In this document: positions 29,273 to 54,443 of the stretch, piece after piece
Layout of the letters: the number at the start of each line of letters is the position of its first letter
Numbering within the stretch: the stretch's first letter is position 1
DNA from: Paraspadella gotoi
Taxonomy: Eukaryota; Animalia; Chaetognatha
NCBI GenBank assembly: GCA_051294375.1
Contig: CM119263.1
Location: forward strand, 5,844,382 to 5,908,381
DNA: 64,000 bases
Direction of reading: 5' to 3'
Made by a program: the position numbers and the translations under genes
The notes under the pieces: generated by a model
Databases searched by the model: none
The model's input: only the letters and a program-made list of their open reading frames with translations
Told to the model about the DNA's origin: nothing

Positions 29273-30173
29273 CATCAATGCCTTAAATTATGTTATGACT
29301 GAAATTATCAATGACCTCAGCAAATTTTTATGACGTCATTGACGTTTTTTGATGGAAGATGAAAGTGATGACGATTTCATGTCTGATTGACGACGACGAC
29401 GACGACGACGACGAAGGAAGGAAATTCCGATGCCAACATTTCCGCAAAGAAATTGTTTTGGGCTTAGAAATCTTATACGTTTAATAAGTTGTATTTTTAG
29501 TATTTGTTTTACTCATTTAAGTGGAACTTCAAGTTATGAACGATGGAAATGCAGAGCGAAAGATATACTGACAGACAGATAAACAGTCTGACAGACGGAG
29601 AGAACCCGGGTCCGTATTATTCCGCAACAACTCAGTCGTGACTAATCAGTTTTCTTCTCAAACTTGAATTTGATCGGAAATATNNNNNNNNNNNNNNNNN
29701 NNNNNNNNNNNNNNNNNNNNNNNNNNNNNNNNNNNNNNNNNNNNNNNNNNNNNNNNNNNNNNNNNNNNNNNNNNNNNNNNNNNNNNNNNNNNNNNNNNNN
29801 NNNNNNNNNNNNNNNNNNNNNNNNNNNNNNNNNNNNNNNNNNNNNNNNNNNNNNNNNNNNNNNNNNNNNNNNNNNNNNGATTAAATTTAAAACGAAAGAA
29901 AAAAAAATATTACACGAGGAAAATATATATGTTATTATAGTTAGTATGATATGATAGTAAACTTTTTTGAATATAAATCGTTGGATGAACGATCCTAACC
30001 TTAAAACAACGCCCGCCTCAAAATCAAAGTAAGATCAGGTCATCGTGATTTCAACGCCAAAAAAAAATAAACTTACCCTCAACCAAATTCGAGTTTGAAT
30101 AAAAAAAGACTAAAAAAAGAAAAAAAAAGTTAGCGGAGGAGGAAGAAANNNNNNNNNNNNNNNNNNNNNNNNN

Positions 30174-32984
30174 GAGCTTTTAAATATTTTAAACGTTGAT
30201 CATTGGCTAACACAATAGCTGTTCCATTAGTAAACACTTGTTCTTATTGATAATTTTGAGCAAATTTACCAAAATCACAAGTCAATTTCAATTCATGCTC
30301 TTCTTCTTTGCTGTTATCAAAAATCGGGAAGCGTCAATTTCATACTTAGTGTAATCAAAGTATTGACAATTGATTCCAAAAAAACCTCTCAAGCATTTAC
30401 AAGAGTGCTGTAATATCACTTTATTACTGACAGAAACGCACTCTCCACCGTATAAACAAGGATTTCCATCACATGGATCCAGACAATGGAATATTTGCTC
30501 TTGAATATTTTTTTTTGCACTAGACTATATCTTAGCTCAGTGAGACACAGTGCACACGTATTCTCCCGTATTCTTCATAGAAATATTAGTAAGTCTTTAA
30601 AGGAAGAGTTTTTACATGGTATTTTTTTAGCACAAGACGGTTTTCAAAGGTCCATCGCATTTCAATATCCAGCGATGGATCATAATCCACTGAGCATGGT
30701 AAACTTATTGACGCTCCAGGCGCAACAATCGTGTCTTTTGTCTCTCAGTAAATTTGAGTTTTCCTCGTTACATTTAAACTGACTGACTGACTTACTGACT
30801 CACCGACCGAATTCTCTGCTTTGCAATGTTACAATCCAGCATCTTCGATACCCACGTTGTGAACAATTAACACGGACTCAATTACAATTATTCCACTGGC
30901 ATTGATCGTTTTCACAATCCTCTGCATTCGTTTTCTCCGATAATTCTGTTTCTTCTTTAAACCATCGAATCACAGGAGAGGATCTCCAATTGCTCGACAC
31001 TCGAAACGAGCAAGCCTCAACAACGAATCTATCTGTTACTCTTGTGCCTCAGAAATGAAAACGATCGTTGGTTCCAATTCTACTTTCTCCAATGGAGCCT
31101 TTAAAAGGCAAGAAGTCCAACCATCGCCCGTAAAATCAGGTTTGCAAAAGCAATCGCGACATTCAGCGCAACCATCTGCCAAAGCAAGACTCTCATCTGT
31201 CGTCAAAATCGGCATTCAGCATTTTCTGCACAGGGTCTGTGCACTTGAGAAACTCGCCTCATGGAATAAATGGCTCCATTCTATCTTCTTCAAAAAAATT
31301 CTGACAGTTTGTTTCATTGTAAGGATAACAAGGGTGGTGACCGACGCTCTGCCCACAAATCCAAATTCCGAGTTACAAGAGCAAAATCTAGATCCTCTGT
31401 GTGTTCACACAATTTGCGCGTGGATAGTGGATGCAGCCCACCGTTGTTGACTTTGCATCATCCACATCCTCGCAGCCAGAAAAACCAACTCCGTTACCTA
31501 CAAATCCTTTGGGACACAGCACAAGTTCTTTGATCCCAATGTATTGATGCACCTTGCCACATAATGGCAGCCACCATTTAGTGTTGCTGATGAACACTCA
31601 TTAAAGTCCACACAAGACATGGATCCATTTGTGAGAGTGGAGTTGAAGCCATCCCAACATCGACATGTTTTGCTCCCAGGAATATTGGTGCAATTTGAAT
31701 AAAGAGGGCATCCCCCATTTACAGTTTCCACACATTCGTTAATATCGAGACAAACTTCAATGAGTCTCCTTTCCAGGTTTCTTTACAGACCTGAACCCAG
31801 ATTTGCAGATGCAGACTCTTGAACCTGGGATATTGGTGGTTAGCCACGGCGTCGCAATCTTCCGTTCTCCGCAGAATACAAAGAGCATTCGTCAATGTCT
31901 TGGCAGCTGCCTGCACCTCCACGCACGGGCAATTGATACTGGAATCCTGGTTCGCAATTACAATGAAAAGATCCAGGCTGTTGATTGCAGGTGGAATTTC
32001 TGCCGCATGAATTGTCATTGAGGCATTCGTTGACGTCTAAGCAAACCGGCGCTTGCCAGTCCGTTGCCGGTGAATCCTGAACTGCAAGAGCAAACGACGC
32101 CCGACTTCTAGAGGATAGCAGTCGCGTTGTGTGGCAACCACCGTTTTGAATCAGGCATGGATCTGGGAAAAAATGTTTAATAAACAGTTTATTCAAAGAT
32201 TACTCCCTAAATATTTTAAAAAATCTTTACTCGTATTTAAACTTACTTTGAGTATAAACGGACAAAAAAGAAGTATAAAAAATAATTATAAAAATCCACA
32301 CACGAACAGCAAAAATAGACGTCGTTGTAAAAAAAAACATTTTCGAGAGATTTATACTTTTTTTGGTCTTTGTTCTAAATTTTTTTTTTTTTAAGTCTAG
32401 TTGATCCCAAATTTCGATTACGAATTTAAAGATTTTGACGAATTTTCTCTATCGAATGAAAACGCGAGTTCTCAACCCAAACCGGTTTTTTGTTATCAAG
32501 GACGAAAGAGAAAAATACGATAGCGTGAGGAGTTATTTTAATTAATAAATTAAACGACTAATATAAATAATGAATTAAGTCAATAAATATGCAATATTGC
32601 CTTCCGACTATTGGAACATTGGACAGGCTCTTGCAAGCTATTAACATATTAGCAATACCGTGTAAGCTATCTGGCAAGACTCTCACTGACTGATTTATGG
32701 TCCTTTTTAGTGAGAAAAAACAAAAATATTTAGAAAAAAAAAACCAAACAAAAAACAAAAGCGAAGAACGAAGAAACGAAAAAAAGAAACATTTTTGGCC
32801 CCCTCAAAAAAAGAAAGACTTTTTTTTTTGAAAGAAATTGAATTCCCTGGAAACGACTTAATTACTCGCCGTCGCCGCCACCGCTCGTTGCTTAGCAACC
32901 GACGACGCACAGGCTGACGATCCGCACTAGCGGAGCAAGGGTTAAACTCGCGTAGCGTGGCGCGCGATGACGTGGGGACTCTCT

Positions 32985-33074
<90 letters not shown>

Positions 33075-33868
33075 CATCAATGCCTTAAATTATGTTATGA
33101 CTGAAATTATCAATGACATCAGCAAATTTTTTATGACGTCATTGACGTTTTTTGATGAAAGATGAAAGTGATGCGATTTCATGTCTGTATTGACGACGAC
33201 GACGACGACGACGACGAAGAAGAGGAAATTCCGATGCCAACATTTCCGCAAAGAAATTGTTTTGGGCTTAGAAATCTTATACGTTAATAAGTTGTATTTT
33301 TAGTATTTGTTTTACTCATTTAAGTGGAACTTCAAGTTATGAACGATGGAAATGCAGAGCGAAAGATATACTGACAGACAGATAAACAGTCTGACAGACG
33401 GAGAGAACCGGGTCCGTATTATTCCGCAACAAATCAGTCGTGACTAATCAGTTTTCTTCTCAAACTTGAATTTGATCGGAAATATTTTTCGCGAAAACAA
33501 AAATGGAAAAAAAAGGATAAATACTCTCCGATTTTAAGATGGAATTTGAGAATTTTTCGAGAAAACCGGAAAAAACGATGACGAATTTGATTAAATTTAA
33601 AACGAAAGAAAAAAAAATATTACACGAGGAAAATATATATGTTATTTATAGTTAGTATGATATGATAGTAAATTTTTGAATAAAATCGTTTAGGATGAAC
33701 GATCCTAACCTTAAAACAACGCCCGCCTCAAAATCAAAGTAAGATCAGGTCATCGTGATTTCAACGCCAAAAAAAAAAAAACAAACTTACCCTCAACCAA
33801 ATTCGAGTTTGAATAAAAAAAGACTAAAAAAAGAAAAAAAAAAAAGTTAGCGGAGGAGGAAGAAAATA
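30174..33868 (-). pseudogene. Indel-ridden second copy of 26388-30148 (EGF/Ig exon part plus upstream intron); probably an assembly duplicate rather than a real pseudogene
   Basis: Near-identical to 26388-30148 but with many 1-2 nt indels; starts right after a 25-N gap and supplies sequence across the 29684-29878 gap of the first copy. Confidence 0.75.
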
Positions 33869-35139
33869 TTTTTTTTTTCCGGCGCTCTTCAACTTTGGGG
33901 ACTTCGGGATTTGAACTCGAGACCCGCTCGCTGCCTACAACAATTCATTTTCAAACACCAACGACGCCATTTTTGTCGAGGGAATTTCGTTGCTCCTGAT
34001 GAGAATCAAATTTACATATTTTGGGAATTTCACGAGATTTTTTTTTTTCCCTCTTCCCCGTCGCGAGTGAACATGATTTTTTTTTGGGGGGGCAGTCGGG
34101 TAAGTTGGGGGGGGGGTTGAGAAGGGTGAAGGGAGGGAAGTTTACTCACCAACGGAGACGGAAATACTTTGAGATTGAATTCACAATCGAGTTATAAATA
34201 TTACTCTATGATTATTTTTTTAATTGTCTTACGTTGGTATATGAATAAATAAATAATTAACACATTTTAACCGTTGAAAATGATATTGTTTCTTTAATAG
34301 TACGCGTGATCGTTAAGTCATTAACAACAAGACCGACTTCACTAATGAACTATTTTCCTCTCAAGTATCGCATTGACTGTAAACCATTCCAATCTTTTCC
34401 TCTCATTAAAAAAGAGTCTATGACCAAGTTAACGCAATGAACCAAACCGAATTCCCAAATCTAGATTTAAATCCCAAATCTCAATTTAAATCCCAAATCC
34501 AATTCGATTCAATTTTTTTTTTCTCTTTTGACTTTAAATTCGTTTCACTTTGACTTTTAAACTTTCAGTTCAGAGAAATGATCGTCATTGTCGTCGCCGT
34601 CGCCGTCGTCATCGCCGCTGCCGCCCTTGCCGCCGCCTCAGCCGTCGCAGCCGCCGCCGAAAAAGTCAGTCGCGTCGTCAAATGCCATCACCATCGCCAT
34701 CCATGTGCCATATCGCTTCGTCTCCCGACCTAAACTCTTACTCTTCCTCACCCCGCCCTCACCTCAGCCCAGTCGCCCACGCCATTACCCTCCTTACCCT
34801 TTCGCCCTTACCCCCGAGGAGAAAAACCCGTTTCTCCTGTTACGACGTGGGAGTGGCGAGCCGCGCGCCGCCTCCGCCGCCGCCGCCGCCGCCGCCGCCG
34901 CCGACCTAGAAACATTTTTCGAAGCCCCTCCCTCCATCGCCATTCCAGAGGCCCCGTGCCCGATTCCCGGGGTCTCCCTTACCGGCCTTACCCCTTAGAA
35001 GCCTCGCTACTTTCACCCCTCAACCCCGAACCCCCAACCCATAACCCTCTAACCACCCCCAGGGTCCAGGGCCAAAAAGTTCACGAAGGGTGAAACTCGT
35101 TACAAGAATTTCGCGAATCTTCTCATTAGCGACTGAATC

Positions 35140-35945
35140 GTGGGGAGAAAAGAAGCGGAGGAAGGGAAAGAAGGAAGAAGGAAGAGAGGAAAGGAAGGAA
35201 AGAAAGAAGGAGAGAAGGAAGGAAAGAAAGAATGGAGGACAAGAGCGAAGGAGGAAGGGAAAGAAGGAAAGAAGGAAGAGAGGAAAGGAAGGAAACAAGA
35301 AAGGAGAGAAGTAAGGAAAGAAAGAATAGAGGAAAAGAGCGAAGGTGGAAGGAAAGAAGGAAGGAAAGGAAAGAATAATGGGAAATAAGAAGCGGAGGAA
35401 AGAAAGGAAAGAAAGAAAGGGAGGAAAAGAAAGAAGGAAATCAGTAAGAAAGGAAAGAAAGAAGAAAGGAAAGAAGGAATGGGGGAAAAGAGCGGAAGAA
35501 AAGAAAGAAGGGAGGAAAGGAAAAAAAATGGAAAAGAAACGGAGGAAAGGAAAGAAGGAAGGAAAGGAAAGAGAAAAGAATCGCAGGAAAGGAAAAAGGA
35601 AAGAAGAGAGGAAAGAACGAATGGAGAATGGAGAAACTAAATGTGGGAAGATGTAAAGAAGGAAGAAGGTGAAGAAGGACAGAAGGAAAAAGACAAGGAT
35701 GGAAAGAAGGTAGGCATGAGAGAAAAAATGAGGAAAGGAAAGACAGAAGTAAAGAAGAAATGAGAGAAGAAAAGATGGAAGGAAAAAAAGAGAGGAATGA
35801 AGGAAGGAGGGAGAATTGGCAGAAAGAATGATAAAGGAAGCAAAGAAGGGGGAAAAAAAGGAAGGTAGAAAAAGAAAAATAAGAAAAAAGGAGGAAAGAG
35901 GAAAGATGAAAAGAAACAGGACAAGCAAGCAAACTGGAAGAGGAA
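35140..35945 (+). repeat. Polypurine (GGAA/GAAA) low-complexity tract; similar tracts at 16480-17070, 19215-19840 and 36870-37210 (-)
   Basis: Direct reading; accounts for the K/E/R-rich and F/L/S-rich spurious ORFs. Confidence 0.9.
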
Positions 35946-36096
35946 CAATTCATTAAAACATAAAAACTTAATCTTGAGATTCGCGAGTGAAGGGACGATT
36001 AAAATTAAAATTTATGTTTTAAAATTCTTCCTTTTTTTTTCACTAAAATAAAGACTATTAACGATTTTTTTTCTTTTTTAGTTAAGTAAGAAGTTA

Positions 36097-36128
<32 letters not shown>

Positions 36129-37277
36129 AACCTTCGTCCTTCAGACGGTGTTAACAGATAATGACCACCTTTAAAAAAAACTAGGGGAAGGGAGGAGCTC
36201 AGAAAAATCCGGCTCGCCTCTCGGCAAAAAAATCCGGCTCCTCTCTCGGCAAAAACCCGGCTCCTCTCCCGACCGAACCTTAATGAGATCAAGAGAGAAA
36301 AAAAAAGAGATTATGGAAGTTATGAGCAAAGAATAACCGCAGGTTGTTAAGCGCCAGTGAGAAGGGAAAAGGGAAGAGGTTATTGTGCTCCAGAGGGATC
36401 GAGAGAGAGAGAGTGAGAGAGTAGAGAGAGAGAGGAGAAGAGAAAGAGAAGTGAAGAGAGAGAGAGAGAGAGCTCCGTTTACATGATGTTCTTCTTAATG
36501 ATTTTTTACAGTGAAGCTTATCTTATCCAGAGATATTATTCTGAATTATTCAGATAAGAGAAGATAATTCACTGACAATATGGAAGGTTTTCAGGAATGT
36601 AGTTTCTATTTAAAAGATCGGTGTATAATTGTATATATTGTGTAAGTAATTTCTGGGTATATGATTGAATATGAAAATAAGTGTTACTTTTCATAGGAAA
36701 CGTAAAGAAAAAAAATGTAAAATACAAGCAAACAACAAGATATTTTTTGTGCTTCTTGAGATCGAGGTTAAAAATAGAACAATAAGTAAAATGGCACTTA
36801 CAGAATTTCTGGCTATTTTTTTCCAAAAACGCCCCTTATCTTCTTAGGATTTAGGATTAGATTATGGTTTGGAGTTTTTTCTTTTTCTTCTCTCCTTTTT
36901 TTCTCCTTCTTTTTCTTTCCTTCTTTTTCTTATCTCTTTCTTACATCTTTTGTTTTCTTCCATTCTCCTTCTCTTTACCTTCATCATTCTTTTCTCTTTC
37001 TTTGTTCTATTTTTTTCGTTTCTCGATACAAGTTTTGTCTTCCTCGTCGCGTTCCTCTTCCACAGCCCCCTCCTCCTCCTTCTCCTCCTCCTTCTCTTCC
37101 TCCTCCTCTTCCTTCTCCTCTTCTCCCGCCCTCCGTCAATTTCTCTCCTCGTTTTATCTCCTTTTCTTTCTTTTTCCTTCATAATTTTTTTTTCTTTTTT
37201 CTTTTCCCTTCAATTTTTCCATTCTGCTTCGTTGCCATGGTAATATGGTGTTCGTTCGCGCGTGCGGATCACTCTCT

Positions 37278-37372
<95 letters not shown>

Positions 37373-37764
37373 CTTCATTGTTAGCTCGCCCGAAAAAATC
37401 GGGCAACAAGCGAGAAGAATGTGTCGAAACAACGACGACGCCGAAGATGATTGACGACGACGACGACGACGACGAGGACGACGAACCATAAGCGTCGGCG
37501 TTCGATTTCTAAAGCGACGAAGAGAGGCGCTTTGATTGTTGACGATTTAATACTCTTGTTTATGTTGTTTTTTTTTAAGGAATTCTTATCACTAGCTAGA
37601 CCGACTACATCAAAGCCATGTCATGCCAGCCTAAACATCGTACATTTTCTAAAAAGCTCCATACATTTTTTCAAAAAAAATTTAAATATATGTTGGTTTC
37701 ACTAATTACTTTGATAATTTTCTGCCTACTTATATGTGTAAGGAGAGAGAGGAGAGAGAGAGAG

Positions 37765-37887
<123 letters not shown>

Positions 37888-38770
37888 GAGAGAGAAACCC
37901 CGGGGTCGCCCTCCCAAATGAGAGAGAGGGAGCATGAGAGAGAGAGAGAGAGATCGCTCGGCGCCTAATGACTTGCTGCGCTAATTGAGGGAAAAGAAAT
38001 GAGAGAAAATGAATATTTAGAAAGATGCAGAAACTTCATAAGGCATTAAAGCATAAAAAGCGGCATCATTAATACTCTAGTATTACCACAGAGGCATCTT
38101 CAATGCTGTAGAACAAAGAAGCAGGGCTGTCGAAAGGCGAGTTGAATGTTCCAAAACCGTAACTTTTAAAATACCTCTCCATTGCAGCAATGTGGTGTAT
38201 ATTGAAGGGAAAATAAAAAAACATAATTATTTGTGAATAGAATATAAATCATCATCTTTCAAGTTATTGAAGTTGGAAGATCATTTATTGTTTGGCGTCG
38301 CAGAATTTGTATTATGTTGGAACTGAAAAAACTAGAATGTCATCCACACTGCAGAATTGGCACTTGATTAGCACCGCAGAATTAGAAAGCCATCCGCCCC
38401 GCACTTGATTAGCACCGGGTCAGAGATTAAATTAGAAAACAACACCTTAAGAGGACCGGATTTTTATGAAACGAAGATGTGACATAGAGTCTGAAACAGA
38501 CGGGGCGGAGATGAAGGCGGAGATGGGGGCGCAGATGGGGTCGGAGATAGACGTTGGTTGAGATGGGGATGAAGATGAGGCTGAAATTGGAAATGTGATC
38601 GAGTCAGAGGTGGCAGAGGAAGACAATTTTAGGGGTAAATAAATATGTGTGTGACGTCTTCGTCACCTTTTGTCAAATTAAGCGGAAAAAACCAAGAAAA
38701 ATTCGCTCAGGCGGAAATCAGATTAGCGATGATCCGCTCCCTCTCCCTCTCCCTCTCTCTCTCTCTCCGA

Positions 38771-38957
38771 CGTATGGGTGATTATAATGATGCGCCAGTC
38801 CCTCGTTGAGTCACGCGACACAAATAAAGATCGACCTTCTAGCTCGTCGGTCTGCGGCCGACGGCGGCGACCAAAAACGAAGCCAAAGAAGATACGTAGT
38901 AGTAAGTAAGTAGTCTTCGGCCCACAGCGCCTTATCCACACTGGTGAGCCCGACGTG
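38771..38957 (+). mobile_element. LTR plus PBS fragment of a related Trp-primed element, without an obvious tRNA head
   Basis: Starts CGTATGGGTGATTATAA (cf. TGTATGGTGGATTAAAA), ends GCGCCTTATCCACA as in family 2, followed by TGGTGAGCCCGACGTG. Confidence 0.65.
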
Positions 38958-40627
38958 TTTCCACGTAATTGTACCTTTTGGTTCAAAGTAAATTATGGTT
39001 TACTGTTCCTTCTAATATTTAAAGATTCTTGGGCGAGAAAGAACTCCGACTACAACAAAAAACAACAACAACAACAACAACGACGATGGGCTCGTTTTAA
39101 TTAAAATTAAAATCTCGATGGAATTCGAGTTAAATGGATTTCGGTTTCAACCTTTTCGACCTTCAGGGGACCCACCGAAAATTTTGTTGTTATCATTAAA
39201 AAAAAATACAATGGATAAACTAATGAATATTAATAAAAAATTACTTTGAATTGAACAATCAATATTTTAATGTAAACAAAAGCTTCCTCTACAAATTCAA
39301 ACAGATAGACCGAAAGACCATCCTAAAACGTTGACAATGTTTCGTCGGTCGAGACTGAATTTCAAAAAAGGAATCGATTATCCCTCCTCAGTTTATTTCG
39401 CTTTGATAAACGAATCAATTGAAGCATTCAACTGAAAAGACTCCAATATGCAAATGAGAATATGGGACGGCATCTTCCATCCGATCCGGGCCGAGTTGTT
39501 GTGACGACGCGTCGCGCAAAATTAATCGTTTTTTCGAACTTCGTCGCGTTTATGGTCGCTGCGTGCGCGAAAATAAACTGCGTGCGCGAGGATAAACTGC
39601 GTGTGCGAAAAGTTATTTCGTTCATTATTTGTCAACATTAAGTTTCCGAAGTTTTTAGCAGTGGTTTCAACACTATCTATCTGATGCTATCCTATCCTAT
39701 CACATATATATATATATCCTATCTTATCTTATCTTATTTTTATTTATCTTTTGATAACAGACCACCATTACAAATGCAAAATTTCGTTGGAGCTTAGCTT
39801 ATTAATTTTATTTTACAATTTCTTTTTCAATTATATGTTTTCTTTTAAGATGAGTTTTTTGCCCGAGTTCCATGTGCTCATACCGTGCTCTCTCAAAAGC
39901 CCGTGCCAATCAACATTATTAAGGGAGTCCTTCTCCTTCGCCATTGTATGCCCTTGTATTCCCTTGCGTGCCCTTGCGTTTACGAAAGTCGCCGTCCTGT
40001 TTATAGTACATGTAATTTCATGAGTAAAAACCAAACTAAATGTGACACTTTATTTTCGGCGTCGTCGTCGTCGTCGTGGTTTTCATTAAATTTTGGCAAG
40101 AAAATTCTCAGCGGATTTCTTTTCCTTTCGATCAAAGTTTTTGAACTTTTCTGTGATGAATTAGTTTTGGGTTTTGACGCCAGGGGGTTAAGACTGATGG
40201 GGAAAAATCGTTTTCAAGGGTAATCAAGCTTAAAAAATATAAAAACCAACTAACAAGGATAATACATTCGCTCATACATACATTCATTCATTCATTCATT
40301 CATTCATTCATTCATTCATTCATTAATTCATTCATTCATTAATTCATTATTCAATCATTCATTTATTCATACTTTATTGAATCACTTATATATCCATTTA
40401 TTCATTCAGTCATTCATTTATAAATTTCTTTATTGATTCACAAATGTATTAGTTCTTTCATTTGTTCATTCATTCATTAATTCTGTCATTCCGTATACTA
40501 ATCTACAATTTTATACATTTGATTGATTGAAAATTTACGATTCCATAAATTTAATTTTTAAAAAAATCGTTTGGAGTTTAAAAGAATTTTGATAAAGTTA
40601 AATCAAAACACGTGACTCAAAAATCAA

Positions 40628-51199
<10,572 letters not shown>

Positions 51200-52770
51200 T
51201 TGCTTGATCCATTGCTTGAACGATAGGGCAAACATTGATTTATTTACATTGAGCCAAAGGAACAAAAGTGACGTGGTTTTTGTTCCTTCTTTCTTTTGGA
51301 TGGAAAAGTAAAAAATAATGTTAATTTCAAGTTGTAGTACTTATTGCATTGTACTACTTAGTCAACGGACCAACTTTCTCAAAAAATAAATGATCCATAA
51401 TATGTAATATTGTGAGAAAAAAAATGTTTTGCCTCAATTTTCTAAAAGTGAGATAATTAAATACAATTTTTCCTGGGCCAATATTTCGTGCTTCCCTCCA
51501 CCCGTATTTCGGTTTCAATGAGTGTTTCCACAAAACTATTAATCCCTGACAAATTCTGTTTTCTTTTAAAAATCCGAGACTCATTTGGGATGGTATTTTA
51601 GCTACTTGTGTTTTCTGGGATGGAACATAAAAGTTGTAAATAATTTTGTATAATTGTGGGTTTTACTTATAGTTTAATTAGGAGAGAGAGAGAGAGAGAG
51701 AGGGAGAGAGAAGAGAGAGAAGAGAGAGAGAGAAGAGAGAGAGTTAAAAAGTCGTGAACCCTTTTGCTTCAAAACGACGGCGACAAAAGGCGACGCTGGG
51801 AAAGTCATGGCCGCCGCCACTCCGGTCGCCACCGGCGCCTCCGTAGAGTCCTCCGCCACCGCCGCCTCTGCAGCCGACGACGACGATACAAGGAACAAAC
51901 GCGTGACGTGGAAAAGAATAACACGGAATTCGAGAGAAAGAAAATAAAGATGGCGGAAGAGTAGAAGAGAGTTTGGGATTTGAAACGGGCGATGGTGAAA
52001 TGAAAAAAAAAAAACATATGAGTGAAATGTATTTTGGTATTAAAATATAACAATAAAGCTTATAATAAATGAATTTGGTCAATTTCTCTGGAGAGAGATA
52101 GAGAAAAAGAGAAAGACAGAATGTTTGGGGCAGCAGAGAGAGAGAAAGAAAGACAGAAAGAGTGTGAGAAAGAGAGAGATAGTCCATCTTACGTGATCCC
52201 ACTTTTTTTTTACCGCACCGAATATCACGTGACTACCGTGCTGATGGATGGACCGACTCGTCCAAGGGATTTGCCCCAGCCCTCATCCCTGAGCCCTGAG
52301 CCTTTATTCCTTAGCTCTTAGCCCTTACTCCCAGCACACATCCATTAGCCGTTAGCCCTTAGCCCTCAGCTCTCATCCTTCAGCCCCGTGTTTCGGCCTC
52401 AAGGGTCGAATGTCCAAAACAAAACACAGCGACTTTGTCGGTAGATGAATCACATCCGGTGTTGACTTTTCGCTCTTCCTCCTCTTCCTCCTCCTACCAT
52501 CACGTCTGGTAATATAAAAAAAATTATATTTACATATTTAATACATTTATTACAAGAAGGATTTTTTGTGAACAAAGGCACAAAAATTGTTTCTTTTGTT
52601 GCTTCCATCGTCGCTTCATGCGTCACTCCTTTCGTCGTCGCTCTCACCGTCGCAACTGCTTCCTCCATCGTTCAAATTATCGTCGTCGTTTCTGTCGATC
52701 TCGATCCTGACCGATGAGTCACCCAGCAAGCCATAATTTTTTTGTTGTAAAAGTAGCGTAAGGAAAGACA

Positions 52771-52848
52771 ACCCTAATCCCTAACCTTCATCCCTAACCC
52801 TAATCTCTATCCCCTAATCTAACCTTATCCCTAACCGAAACCCTAAAC
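52771..52848 (+). repeat. Degenerate interstitial (CCCTAA)n telomere-like tract between ~50-nt direct repeats
   Basis: accctaatccctaacc...ccctaaccctaa; flanking ccatcgttcaaattatcgtcgt...gatcctgac at ~52665 and ~52856. Confidence 0.6.
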
Positions 52849-53089
52849 AATTAATCCATCGTTCAAATTATCGTCGTTTTTGTCGATCCCGATCCTGACT
52901 CTGAGTCTTACAGCCAGAGAGAGAGAGAGCGAGAGAGATTCACTGCTCTGTCATACGGCTAGGGGGCATCGAAGAGCATTTCGTCCAATGAAGATGAGTG
53001 CTGCAGATGAATTTAAAAAATAAGCAAAGATATGAATCAAACATTTCATTCATTTTCCTTTCTTCTCCAACTCATACTTTCCCTTCTCC

Positions 53090-53209
<120 letters not shown>

Positions 53210-53691
53210 TTTTTTTTATTGCTCTCTCTCTCTCTTTCTCTTTCTCTCTCTTTTTTCTTTCGCTCTTTCCTCACTTTCTCTCACACGGTCTCCTCCTCTT
53301 TCCCATCGTTTTCTGTTTATGTCTTTTGTTATGATATTTGTGGTCAAAACGCATGATGGATTTTCGTCGTCGGAAAGGTCGGTCCGCCGCTTCAGCTTAA
53401 TGGCGTGGTCGGTTGGGGCCGCCGCCGCCGCCCGCCGCCGCCGCCGCCGCCATCTTGTCCCCGCCTTCGATTGTCTTGACTCCTCTTCTCCTCGTTCTTT
53501 TCTATTTTCTCTTCCTCAAACTTATCAAATGTTTAATAATTTAAACTTATCTTTTACATATTATTTGTAACTCAACAATGTTTTTTTAATTTCTCTTGGC
53601 TTCTCACTCAACCATCTCCCACTCTCCTCGTCTCTCTCTTTTCACTCTCTTTTTTTGTCCTCTCTCTCTCTGCTCTCTTTTCTCTCTCTCG

Positions 53692-53741
<50 letters not shown>

Positions 53742-54393
53742 CTTCCATTGTCTTCTTATTCCATTTAACTCTTTTTTCGCCTCGCTTCTTAAATCTAATT
53801 TGCATATTGCGATCAACAGACCGCTCGACGCTTGAGAGTCACCGAGTGATGTCTTGAGTGGCGGAGACTTGAAAGAAAAGAATCCTTCGAAAATGAAACA
53901 ACGGACAGAGGAGAGAGAGAGAGAGAGAGAGAAGAGAGAGGAGGGGGGGGTGGCGGCGGGTGGACGAAGGGAATTACGGCAAAAAAAAGTAATGGATAAT
54001 TCAAGATGTTAATCGCTGGAGTAATTAATTATCGTAAATTTAATTATTTTATTTGATCAGCCGTTCAAGATATTTAAATGTAAGGGCGTAGGTGAAAACA
54101 TTTACTCGTACAGCTAACCCCTCATTGAATTAGCCGATATATAACTTAAACTGCTGAAAATTATAAATATTTTTAAATGTCTTTAATAAATATAAACGTC
54201 TCATTTCGAGATGTGAAAACGAAAAGCGGTTGTCATCCATAACTCGCGATTGCCTCTTGTTTTCAAATCCGTCGGGACTCAATCAGACTCCGGACTGAAA
54301 ATCCCTGGCGGCAGAAATCGTAAAACAAAAGGCAGAAAGTGTAGGATTCGAACCTTGAAATGCCAGCACCGCTAGTTATGAATATAAAGAGGT

Positions 54394-54443
<50 letters not shown>

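Noticed and set aside
52700-53010. Hammerhead-like strings (CCGATGAGTC, GATGAGTG)
   Set aside because: No complete CTGANGA...GAAA core with paired stems.
54335-54380. Minus-strand B box GGTTCGAATCC suggesting a tRNA
   Set aside because: No cloverleaf or convincing A box at a suitable spacing; at most a remnant.
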